Source: Eubacteriales bacterium (GTDB lineage: Bacteria; Bacillota; Clostridia; Oscillospirales; CAG-382). From it: a DNA stretch of 64,000 nt. Below the pieces are notes generated by a model that was given only the letters and a program-made list of their open reading frames with translations, had not been told where the DNA came from and made no database searches. The translations under genes and the position numbers were made by a program. The DNA lies in contig JAZTXJ010000007.1 of assembly GCA_045636285.1 (NCBI GenBank), positions 35,032 to 99,031 on the forward strand. The letters run 5' to 3'. Shown here one piece after another: positions 44,149 to 52,314 of the stretch; the first letter of the stretch is position 1, and each line of letters begins with the position of its first letter.

Positions 44149-44946
44149 ATGGAAAAAGCAAAGGTCTTTACCCTTTTTTCATCCTCGAAGGGAAACTGCA
44201 CTTATATTAAATACGGCAGTGACGAAATTCTTATCGATTGCGGTGCTTCGGCAAGAGCTATCGAAAATTCGCTCAGGCTTTTGGGCACGAGCCTTGATAA
44301 CGTAAATGCGATTTTTATCACGCACGAGCACACCGACCATATATGCGGATTGACGACCATAACGAAAAACCACAATATTCCGATATATGCCCCCGAACCG
44401 AGCTGTAATTATATTTACGAGCGTATGCCTGCCGAAAAACCGCTTATCGCAATAAATTCGGGCAAGGCGGTCGAGCTTTCCGATCTCGCCTTGTGTCCGA
44501 TTGCAACCCCGCACGATGCACGCGGAAGCGTCGGCTTTCGTATCCGCGCGGGCGAGGAAAAAATAGGCTATTTTACCGATATAGGTCATCTTTCGGAAAA
44601 TGTGTTGCGCGGACTTTCGGGCTGTGAGCGCGTGATTATCGAATCGAACCACGATATCGAAATGCTCAAAAACGGGTCTTACCCCTACCAGTTAAAGCAA
44701 CGCATTCTCGGCGACAGAGGACATCTTTCGAACGAAATGTGTGCAAAGCTTTTGCCTCATCTCGCCAACCACGGAACGCGCTCCTTTGCGCTCGCACATT
44801 TGAGCGAGGAAAACAACCGTGTAGAAATCGCGTATAACGAAAGTCTGGTTTCTCTGCACGAAAGCGGGTTTACCGTTAATTCCGAAAGCGGATGCGGCTT
44901 AACGCTTGCCGTTGCTTCTGCTTGCGGAATATGCGAGGTTAAATAA
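44149..44946 (+). CDS. MBL-fold metallo-hydrolase (YycJ-like)
   Basis: HEHTDH zinc motif, 265 aa. Confidence 0.8.
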   Translation: MEKAKVFTLFSSSKGNCTYIKYGSDEILIDCGASARAIENSLRLLGTSLDNVNAIFITHEHTDHICGLTTITKNHNIPIYAPEPSCNYIYERMPAEKPLIAINSGKAVELSDLALCPIATPHDARGSVGFRIRAGEEKIGYFTDIGHLSENVLRGLSGCERVIIESNHDIEMLKNGSYPYQLKQRILGDRGHLSNEMCAKLLPHLANHGTRSFALAHLSEENNRVEIAYNESLVSLHESGFTVNSESGCGLTLAVASACGICEVK

Positions 44947-44951
44947 AAAAA

Positions 44952-44990
44952 GAATCAAGCTTCACGGTTAATGAAGCTTGATTTTTTGTT
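44952..44990. terminator. Bidirectional terminator (MBL / YgjV genes) with the same stem as the element core hairpins
   Basis: GAATCAAGCTTCA cggttaa TGAAGCTTGATT TTTT. Confidence 0.75.
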
Positions 44991-45006
44991 CCTTAAAGGG
45001 TATTCG

Positions 45007-45555
45007 TTATTCTTCTTTTTTCTTTTTATCCAAGCGGTACATTGCGGTGATTATCGAAATAAGCGCCAACACCTCGCAAATGATTCCGCCGATAGCCAAA
45101 TTGAAGATATTATACACGAGCCAAGAGGGCGAGCTCACAAGCCCTGCTCTTCGCACCGAGCGCGCTTCTTTCAGATAAAAGCCGATACCCGTTGCGAACA
45201 TACCGATTATCGGAAGGAATTCCACGATAAGATTAAGCTTTGTCGGTTCTTTATCGAACACCAAAAAGGTGAGCGCATAGGAAACGAGGTAAAGCACGCC
45301 GAACCCCAAAACCCAAATAAATTTATCGGCACGGAATTTTTGCTTGTTCGAATAAATTATCGCACGGACCGCGCCGACAGCGTTCAGAAAACCGCCGACT
45401 ATCGCGCCGATCATAAACATATTAACGGTAAAGAGCGCCGCGCCGAAGAACTGCATTACGATAATGCTTTTTTGCTTTTTCATTTGATAAGAAAGTATAT
45501 TGAGCGCCATTGCCACTATACCGATCGATTGTGCGATCATCTGATATTTGTCCAT
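45007..45555 (-). CDS. YgjV-family inner membrane protein
   Basis: 182 aa, about 5 TM helices, N-terminus ..IGIVAMALNILSYQMK resembles YgjV family. Confidence 0.6.
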   Translation of the reverse strand: MDKYQMIAQSIGIVAMALNILSYQMKKQKSIIVMQFFGAALFTVNMFMIGAIVGGFLNAVGAVRAIIYSNKQKFRADKFIWVLGFGVLYLVSYALTFLVFDKEPTKLNLIVEFLPIIGMFATGIGFYLKEARSVRRAGLVSSPSWLVYNIFNLAIGGIICEVLALISIITAMYRLDKKKKEE

Positions 45556-45615
45556 AATTATATCCTTGTTGCTTTATTTTTATTTTTGTGTTAAAATAGG
45601 CTTGAGGTGGTAAAA

Positions 45616-46809
45616 ATGTTTTACGAAAAGTTACCCGAAGAAATTGAAAACAAAATAAAATACGACCGCACACACGGCACGCTTCCGCGTGTTGCGTTTC
45701 CCGATTTTTTTGCTTCCCGCCGTGATCCCGAACACGACCAGCCGACAATTTTGCGGAGCGCGTTCGTTCGTGATGCCGAAAAAATCCTGCATTGTCCCTA
45801 TTATAACCGCTATGCCGACAAAACGCAAGTTTTTTCGTTCTATAAAAACGACGATATTACAAGACGCGCGCTCCACGTTCAGCTCGTTTCGCGCATTGCG
45901 CGCACTATCGGTCAGGCGTTGTTCCTTAATCCCGATCTTATCGAAGCGATCGCGCTCGGCCACGATATAGGTCACACCCCCTTCGGTCACAAGGGCGAAA
46001 CCTATCTTGACGAGCTGTATTCGCTCCACACGGGCAGGCGCTTTTCGCACAATATCCATTCGGTGCGCGTGCTCGATAAAATTTTCCCTCTCAACCTCAC
46101 CCTGCAAACCTTAAACGGCATTGCCGCGCACGACGGCGAAATGGAGCTTGAAAAATATTCACCCAAGCCGATTCGAAGCTTTTCGGAATTCGATAACCAA
46201 ATCGAAGCCTGCTATATCGACAAAGCGAACGTAAAGCGGCTTACCCCTGCCACGCTTGAAGGCTGTGTGGTGCGGATTTCGGATATTATCGCATATCTCG
46301 GCAAGGACAGGCAGGACGCCGAAAAGGCAAAGCTGAACGAAAGCGAAAGCTTCGACGACGGCGCGATAGGCAAGCACAATTCCGAAATTATTAATAATAT
46401 GACGGTAAACATCGTCACGCACAGCTACCGCAAGCGCTATATTAAAATGGACGAAGCCCACTTTGCCGCGCTTAAAAAGGCAAAATCGGATAACTACGAA
46501 CAGATCTATACCAGCAAGCCGGTCGAAGAAATGCTTAATAACACCGTCCGCCCGATGATGCGTGAGCTTTACGAGCGCCTGCTTTGCGATCTGATAAACA
46601 AAAATACCCAATCGCCGATATTCACGCACCATATCGCAGTGGTGGACAAGCCTTATTATAAGCGCGATATTCCCTATTGCGAAACCGAGCCCAATTTGAT
46701 AGTTGTCGATTATATCGCAAGTATGACCGACGATTATTTTGTAGACCTTTATTCCCACCTCTTCCCCGAAAGCAATCTGAGCATTAAATATAAAGGATAT
46801 TTTGATTGA
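45616..46809 (+). CDS. HD-domain phosphohydrolase, dGTPase-like
   Basis: RRALHVQLVSRIA..ALGHDIGHTPFGH (HD motif) and AAHDGE; ATG 45616 preferred, GAGGTGG RBS covers the ORF-track GTG 45607. Confidence 0.75.
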   Translation: MFYEKLPEEIENKIKYDRTHGTLPRVAFPDFFASRRDPEHDQPTILRSAFVRDAEKILHCPYYNRYADKTQVFSFYKNDDITRRALHVQLVSRIARTIGQALFLNPDLIEAIALGHDIGHTPFGHKGETYLDELYSLHTGRRFSHNIHSVRVLDKIFPLNLTLQTLNGIAAHDGEMELEKYSPKPIRSFSEFDNQIEACYIDKANVKRLTPATLEGCVVRISDIIAYLGKDRQDAEKAKLNESESFDDGAIGKHNSEIINNMTVNIVTHSYRKRYIKMDEAHFAALKKAKSDNYEQIYTSKPVEEMLNNTVRPMMRELYERLLCDLINKNTQSPIFTHHIAVVDKPYYKRDIPYCETEPNLIVVDYIASMTDDYFVDLYSHLFPESNLSIKYKGYFD

Positions 46810-47435
46810 TGAAGCGCTGTGTAATAATCGGCGGCGCGCCGATAAACGATTACAACCGAATAAAAAAACTGCTTCGCGGGGACGATTTTTGTATCGCGTG
46901 CGATTCGGGGCTCAAGCATTTAAGCGGCTTGGGAATTCAACCGAGCCTTATTATCGGTGATTTCGATTCTTATGAAAAGCCGAGCACCGATACCGAAACA
47001 ATAATTCTCCCGCGCGAAAAGGACGATACCGACAGCTTTTTCGCGGTTAAGGAAGGCATATCTCGCGGTTTTTGCGAATTTCTGCTTATAGGCGCAATCG
47101 GAAAAAGGCTCGACCACAGCTTAGGCAACATTTCCGCACTGCTTTATCTCGATTCACTCGGCAAAAAAGCAAGCATAGCCGACGATTATTCGGTTATGGA
47201 AATAGTTTCGAGCACGCCTGCCTTCGTTACTGATGAATACCCTTATTTTTCGTTACTCGCTGTCGACGGCGACGCAAGCGGAATAACCGTGAAAAACGCA
47301 AAATTTCCGCTTGAAAACGCAAAAATCACCGCAGGCTACCAATACGGAATAAGCAACGAGGTGATAAAAGGCAAAACCGCCGAAATCAGCGTTAAAGACG
47401 GTAAATTACTTCTTGTTAAGGTTATATCCGAATAA
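46809..47435 (+). CDS. thiN: Thiamine diphosphokinase
   Basis: IIGDFDS and GAIGKRLDHSLGNI motifs; ATG overlaps the upstream TGA (TGATG). Confidence 0.85.
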   Translation: MKRCVIIGGAPINDYNRIKKLLRGDDFCIACDSGLKHLSGLGIQPSLIIGDFDSYEKPSTDTETIILPREKDDTDSFFAVKEGISRGFCEFLLIGAIGKRLDHSLGNISALLYLDSLGKKASIADDYSVMEIVSSTPAFVTDEYPYFSLLAVDGDASGITVKNAKFPLENAKITAGYQYGISNEVIKGKTAEISVKDGKLLLVKVISE

Positions 47436-47436
47436 A

Positions 47437-47466
47437 GAAAACGGTTGCAATGCAACCGTTTTTATT
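47437..47466. terminator. Bidirectional terminator (thiN / tandem array)
   Basis: AAACGGTTGCA a TGCAACCGTTT TT. Confidence 0.7.
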
Positions 47467-48023
47467 TATTGCTCTGTGTTCAAATCAATCATTTCGTAAT
47501 ATTTTGTATTGTACATAAATACAGGAATTTGAGGTTTATCTTTTCTTATTACGATATAAAACACGTCCCCCTCGCTGTGAATCCGCATTTCTTCGATTGT
47601 CTTAACAACCCTTCCGCACCTTTCGAAATACATTGCGTGCTGCATAACGTAACGGCCTCTGCGGTTTTTTACCTCTTGATCGTTTTCGGAAACACGTAAA
47701 AGCTTATCGATTATGATCGAATAAGAGCCGTCGGCAAGTTGTTTTTTTGATTTGTAATAGTACCATACGCAAAAAACACTCGCAGCGATCGGCACCGCCA
47801 TAATAAGCATTTGCACGACTTCTTTGCCTTTCATGTTGAGAGGAGCAGTGATTGCAAGAATCCCAAACAGAACAAACCAAACGGCACATCCGCAAAGACA
47901 GAATTTTAATTCAGATTTCACACCGTCCGCAAGCTCTGAAAAAATCGAGCTTGGAGATATTATTTGCTTTTTCTGTATGGCGTTTGCATCGCTTTTCGTG
48001 CTATCACTGTTGTAGTTTGCCAT
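47466..48023 (-). CDS. Tandem-array 2-TM protein, member 4 (unknown family)
   Basis: MANYNSDSTKSD N-terminus, two TM helices, C-terminal domain with QHAMYFERCGRV..GDVFYIV..YNTKYYEMIDLNTEQ; AAGAGGT RBS in the 13-nt gap. Confidence 0.6.
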   Translation of the reverse strand: MANYNSDSTKSDANAIQKKQIISPSSIFSELADGVKSELKFCLCGCAVWFVLFGILAITAPLNMKGKEVVQMLIMAVPIAASVFCVWYYYKSKKQLADGSYSIIIDKLLRVSENDQEVKNRRGRYVMQHAMYFERCGRVVKTIEEMRIHSEGDVFYIVIRKDKPQIPVFMYNTKYYEMIDLNTEQ

Positions 48024-48036
48024 CTTTACCTCTTAT

Positions 48037-48570
48037 TTATTGCTCGGTATTCAAATCGACCAATTCGTAATATTTCGAATTATAGGTAAGCAAGGGTGTG
48101 GTGGGGTGTGTTTTTGTTACGACAACATAGAATATATCGCCCACGCTGTTCGTGTTGGTTTCTCCGTAAGTAACGAGCACTCTTCCGCATTTTTCGAGAT
48201 AAATTGCGTGCTGCACGCTGACCGACGCATAGTTCCCCTGCAGTCTTACTTTCACTTTTTCCTCGGGAGCGACACGTTCGACCTTATCGGTAATAATCAT
48301 AAATTCGCCGTTTTTCAGCATTTGCATTGTCTTGCGGTAAGAAAAAATCCCACCCACAAGCACAACGACAGGAAGACAATAAAATATCGTGCTTATTATT
48401 CTGTGGTCTATAATTATCGCCGTAATAATAAACATAACGCATACTAAAGGCAACGCCCAAACCGATTGCTTTGCCGGCTTTTCGAAATGATCGTATATCA
48501 TTTTCGGCGTTATTTTTCTTTTGCCGTCGGAGTAATCGCTTTTCGTGCTGTTGCTGTTGTAGTTTGCCAT
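48037..48570 (-). CDS. Tandem-array 2-TM protein, member 3
   Basis: Same architecture; QHAIYLEKCGRV..GDIFYVVV..YNSKYYELVDLNTEQ; AAGAGGA RBS in the 13-nt gap. Confidence 0.6.
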   Translation of the reverse strand: MANYNSNSTKSDYSDGKRKITPKMIYDHFEKPAKQSVWALPLVCVMFIITAIIIDHRIISTIFYCLPVVVLVGGIFSYRKTMQMLKNGEFMIITDKVERVAPEEKVKVRLQGNYASVSVQHAIYLEKCGRVLVTYGETNTNSVGDIFYVVVTKTHPTTPLLTYNSKYYELVDLNTEQ

Positions 48571-48583
48571 TTTTTCCTCTTAT

Positions 48584-49144
48584 TTATTGCTCGGTATTCA
48601 AATCAACCAGTTCGTAATATTTAGTGTTGTATGCGAAAAGTGCTTTATTAGGTCTTTCTTTACTTACGACCACAAAAAATTCGTCGCCCTCGCTGTTTGT
48701 ATAGGTTTCCTGGAGCGAAATCACCACTCTGCCGCAACGGTAAAGATACATAGCGTGCTCCATATACGAATGTCTTCCGTAGCGCACGTATCTGTCGTCG
48801 GTAACGATTCGGTCGGCAGTATCCGTAATTATTTTATACCCGCCGTCCGCGAGCTTTTTCATATTGCGGTAATAGCTGTAAACGCTCGCCATAAAGATCA
48901 AAAACGGAACGCTCAACAGCAAAATATTAACAAGCGTTGCCCACTTTTTCTCCATACCGCTGACGTTTACAATCAATACAAAAAGCAGCGCAACGATCAA
49001 AAACGCAACCGATACGATAGTCATCCCCCAAAGCTCGCCCTTGTGCGAATTGGAAAGTGCATCGTATATTCTTTGGGGCGTTATCTGCTTTTTCTTATTG
49101 TCGTCGGGGGCGATTTCTGTGCTTTTGCTTACGTAATTAGCCAT
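48584..49144 (-). CDS. Tandem-array 2-TM protein, member 2
   Basis: Same architecture; EHAMYLYRCGRV..GDEFFVVV..YNTKYYELVDLNTEQ; start overlaps member 1 stop by 8 nt. Confidence 0.6.
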   Translation of the reverse strand: MANYVSKSTEIAPDDNKKKQITPQRIYDALSNSHKGELWGMTIVSVAFLIVALLFVLIVNVSGMEKKWATLVNILLLSVPFLIFMASVYSYYRNMKKLADGGYKIITDTADRIVTDDRYVRYGRHSYMEHAMYLYRCGRVVISLQETYTNSEGDEFFVVVSKERPNKALFAYNTKYYELVDLNTEQ

Positions 49145-49679
49145 TTTTTATATCCTCAAGCTTATATTCCTTGGCGTTGTATATATTCACGACGGTCTTT
49201 GGGTCGTGCCGATACACGACTATATAAAAGGTGTCGCCCACGTTTGCCGTATAGGTTTGATCGAACACAACGGCGACTCTTCCGCATCTTTCGAAATAAA
49301 GCGCGTGCTCTCTGATTTCTGTCCCTGCGCTCTTTTCGACCTTATCGTTGGGGGAAACGGCTATAACCGTATCCTCGAAAACGTAATAGGCTTCTTTCGG
49401 CTTGATTACAAGAAAGGCTACGAGCATTAACGCATAGAACAGCACTATAAGCACCGAAGCAATGATCAGCAAAACCTTTACCACGGTAGCCCAAGTAGTA
49501 TCATCGGGCAGGCAGAGCAACAGTATAACAAACGAGATCAGCAGCGAACCGAACAAAATCCCCGCAAAGAGAAGCATCTGCCGTTCCTGCGAGTTAACGG
49601 TTTTCTGCACCGAGCTGTGATCCAACTGCTTCTTTTCGGAATCCGTAATTTTTGTATTTTCGCTTACGTAATTACCCAT
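49137..49679 (-). CDS. Tandem-array 2-TM protein, member 1 (most divergent)
   Basis: MGNYVSENTK N-terminus, two TM helices, EHALYFERCGRV..GDTFYIVV core but different C-terminal end (..YKLEDIKNG); start overlaps the kinase gene by 16 nt. Confidence 0.6.
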   Translation of the reverse strand: MGNYVSENTKITDSEKKQLDHSSVQKTVNSQERQMLLFAGILFGSLLISFVILLLCLPDDTTWATVVKVLLIIASVLIVLFYALMLVAFLVIKPKEAYYVFEDTVIAVSPNDKVEKSAGTEIREHALYFERCGRVAVVFDQTYTANVGDTFYIVVYRHDPKTVVNIYNAKEYKLEDIKNG

Positions 49680-50227
49680 TCGTTACCTCTCGGATAAGCT
49701 CCGTCTATCTCAGTAACATTATACACTATATCTTTGCTTCCGTCAAGGGTTATTATTTTGCATTTAAGGAGCTTCTGCCATTCGTCGTGCATCGCGCGGG
49801 AACGCATATCGGCTCCGCCGTTGTCATACCTGCCTGCCCATTCAATAAACGCAGTATGCGTATCGTACATATCGCCGCCCGCCTCTATTCTGCTTCCGAA
49901 GCGCTCTCTTTCGCGCGATTTCAAGCGTTTGATTCTCGTTTCGGTATCGGTAACGAGCCTTATGGCAAGCGTAAACAGCGGTATCAGTTCATCACCCCAG
50001 CCCGAAAGCGAACCGGATATAACCACGTTTTCGTGTGCTTCAATATCGCGCTTCATAAGCGCAATCCGCTCTGCTTTTTCGCGTTTTACCGTGAATTTAG
50101 GGTCGGTCGGCAACCAAAAATAATCGTCGGTATCCATAAAGAAATAACCCGATTTTTCGCAAAAAGCACGCCCAAGCGTGCTCGTTCCCGCACCCGAAGC
50201 GCCAAAAATATGTATGATTTGCTTCAT
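49664..50227 (-). CDS. P-loop NTPase, FlaR/adenylate-kinase-like small kinase
   Basis: Walker A IFGASGAGTSTLGRA followed by MDTDDYFWLP, as in FlaR-like 'topology modulation' kinases; ATG 50227 forms an ATGA overlap with the upstream stop. Confidence 0.7.
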   Translation of the reverse strand: MKQIIHIFGASGAGTSTLGRAFCEKSGYFFMDTDDYFWLPTDPKFTVKREKAERIALMKRDIEAHENVVISGSLSGWGDELIPLFTLAIRLVTDTETRIKRLKSRERERFGSRIEAGGDMYDTHTAFIEWAGRYDNGGADMRSRAMHDEWQKLLKCKIITLDGSKDIVYNVTEIDGAYPRGNEWVIT

Positions 50228-50895
50228 CTGTATTCCTCGCACAGCATTTTTTTACACCAGCAAAGCAAGGTATTGAAGGCGGTATCAAAATCGTAATCGG
50301 GGTTATTTGCAATCGCTTGTGCCGTTTCGAAAACAGCCTTGTCTTCGCAAGAAAGCGCGGAAGAAAGCTCGCGCTTGGTTTGATAAAACACATTTTCGCG
50401 CAGGTAATAGCTGTTTTGCAGAATAAAAAAGACGCTCTTATAGGTAAAAGGAAGAGATTCGCGGTTATTGCCCGAATCGGAATAAATATATCGGTGGCAG
50501 AGCTCGTGATAAATATTGCCGACGCTGAGCTTAATAAAGCTCCTTATATCGCGTTCGTCATAGTGCGGAACAAGCGCCGAGAGCTCGCCGTAATAATCCT
50601 TTGTCGTATGTAAAAGATGAGCGATTTCAAGCGCGTTCCAATTACGAAGCTCTTCGCTTCCGCAAATAAACCCGCAAGCCTTTTCGCTGTGCGGTAACGA
50701 GCCGATAACGCTTTTGTATAAATCGAGGTCGGTTGCCGAAAGTTCTTTTATAACGACCATAATATCGAAATCGCTCTGCTCGGTCGCTTCGCCGCGAAGA
50801 TAACTGCCCTGCAAGCCAAGATAGACAAGCCGAGCGCCGAACACCTTCTTCAGCTCGGATAAAATATTCTGTATATGCAATTCTGCTTCAATCAT
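50224..50895 (-). CDS. Pol-beta-superfamily nucleotidyltransferase, ANT/Lnu-like
   Basis: GLQGSYLRGEATEQSDFDIMVVI matches the GS..(D/E)xD minimal NTase motif of aminoglycoside/lincosamide nucleotidyltransferases; helical C-terminal half; ATG 50895 forms an ATGA overlap with the regulator stop. Confidence 0.7.
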   Translation of the reverse strand: MIEAELHIQNILSELKKVFGARLVYLGLQGSYLRGEATEQSDFDIMVVIKELSATDLDLYKSVIGSLPHSEKACGFICGSEELRNWNALEIAHLLHTTKDYYGELSALVPHYDERDIRSFIKLSVGNIYHELCHRYIYSDSGNNRESLPFTYKSVFFILQNSYYLRENVFYQTKRELSSALSCEDKAVFETAQAIANNPDYDFDTAFNTLLCWCKKMLCEEYR

Positions 50896-51713
50896 TCTTC
50901 GTTCCCCCGTGCACAAAGCTCTGTAATCCTTGCTATCTGCCGTTCGAAAAAGGTTACGTAATTTTCATAGAAATAGTTCGCGTCGGTTGTAGAATTTCCG
51001 AGTATCGCGATAAGCGAAAGCGCCTTTTCGGTTTCGGATATTGCGCTTTCGTATTCGCCCCTCTCCTCGAAGCATTCGGCAAGGTGCCACATCATTTGTA
51101 TTAAATTTTCAAAAGAAACCCATTTTTGCTTTTCCGCCGCCTCTTGCTTTTCTTCGCCGGTTAAAACGTAGGCGGTTTCGGTAAGGCGGGTAAAATACAT
51201 TTCGGGTATCTGCTCAATCGCCATTTTCGCGCTTTGAAGGTCGCCCTTCGCCTTATAAGCATACGCCATAAAGCGCAGTGCATCGTATTTTATACCGTGG
51301 TCGGTCGCCTTTTCGATCAGCTTGCTTGCGATTGCTATGGCGGTATCGGGATTGTTCGAATAATCGATAACGTAAAGCAGGCTGTTAAGAAGAATATCGT
51401 TTTCGGGATATTTACGCAAACCGTCTTCGAGAATACGGCGGCTTCGTTCGGGATCGCCCGTGCGGTATTTATAAGCCTCGTCGGCGATCGCTTCAACCTC
51501 CGCCTCTATCGCCTGAAGGTTGAAATCGAAAAGCTCGTCCATACTAACCCCGAAATAGCTTGCAAGCATCGGCGCAAGCGTTATATCGGGCAGTGCAATG
51601 TTGTTTTCCCACTTGCTCACCGCCTGAAACGATATACCTATGCTCGTCGCGAGCTGTTCTTGGGTTATTCCGCGCTGTTTTCTTAATTCCTTTATTTTGT
51701 TGCCGATATTCAT
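50892..51713 (-). CDS. XRE-family HTH regulator with C-terminal TPR-like repeats (RNPP-like architecture)
   Basis: IKELRKQRGITQEQLATSIGISFQAVSKWENN HTH_XRE; about 200-aa helical repeat C-terminus; TTGCAA-17-TATACT promoter upstream. Confidence 0.8.
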   Translation of the reverse strand: MNIGNKIKELRKQRGITQEQLATSIGISFQAVSKWENNIALPDITLAPMLASYFGVSMDELFDFNLQAIEAEVEAIADEAYKYRTGDPERSRRILEDGLRKYPENDILLNSLLYVIDYSNNPDTAIAIASKLIEKATDHGIKYDALRFMAYAYKAKGDLQSAKMAIEQIPEMYFTRLTETAYVLTGEEKQEAAEKQKWVSFENLIQMMWHLAECFEERGEYESAISETEKALSLIAILGNSTTDANYFYENYVTFFERQIARITELCARGNEE

Positions 51714-51744
51714 TATTTACCCCGCAAATTTTCGTAGTTTTTAC

Positions 51745-51773
51745 AGTATAGCATTTAATTTTTCTTTTTGCAA
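51745..51773 (-). promoter_or_regulatory. Promoter of the seven-gene operon (XRE-TPR regulator first)
   Basis: Minus strand TTGCAA (51773-68) -17- TATACT (51750-45). Confidence 0.5.
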
Positions 51774-51812
51774 TAACCTCGCAAACGACACGCTTCAACT
51801 ATGGGTTGAATG

Positions 51813-51841
51813 TTGACAAACCTTTGTAACGGGTATATAAT
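51813..51841 (+). promoter_or_regulatory. Consensus promoter of the zinc-ribbon/serine-hydrolase operon
   Basis: TTGACA (51813-18) -17- TATAAT (51836-41). Confidence 0.65.
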
Positions 51842-51860
51842 CAAGCTTGAGGTGGCGAAA

Positions 51861-52304
51861 ATGAGTCTGCTTTATAAATTTATATGTAAAGGTCCGAACC
51901 TTGTTACCGAAAAAGGTGTTATCGGTGCAAAATGCAACCTTTGCAACGGCGTAATTTCAACAAACGACGATTCATGCCCTTGCGGAAATATCACAAACGA
52001 CAAACCTGTCGCGCGTTTTTCGGCAAAAGGCGGCAAAAAATCTATCGAATATATCCACAATAGCTATAAGGTCTGGGGCGGTTTTCCCGTAACCCACGCA
52101 AAATGCCCGATTTGCGAAAAATACGTTAAAATAAACGGCAACAGCGGCTGTGAATGCGGCAAAATAAGCATAGACAGTCATTCGGGGCGGTTTTCGGTAA
52201 AGGGCGACGAAAACGAAGTTTCGCTTTACGCCAAGCGCACGTTCGGTTACTTTATTTACAAGACCGTATGCTTTTTCGAAGAAATAATGGATTATTTTAT
52301 ATAG
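51861..52304 (+). CDS. Internally duplicated zinc-ribbon protein
   Basis: Two repeats KCNLCNG..CPCGNI..RFSAKG and KCPICEK..CECGKI..RFSVKG; ATG 51861 behind a GAGGTGG RBS and a consensus promoter. Confidence 0.55.
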   Translation: MSLLYKFICKGPNLVTEKGVIGAKCNLCNGVISTNDDSCPCGNITNDKPVARFSAKGGKKSIEYIHNSYKVWGGFPVTHAKCPICEKYVKINGNSGCECGKISIDSHSGRFSVKGDENEVSLYAKRTFGYFIYKTVCFFEEIMDYFI

Positions 52305-52314
52305 GAGAACAAAA

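Noticed and set aside
50224-50895. Calling the nucleotidyltransferase an aminoglycoside or lincosamide resistance gene.
   Set aside because: Only the generic GS..DxD minimal NTase motif is visible. Substrate cannot be inferred without a database or phylogenetic comparison, so no resistance claim is made.
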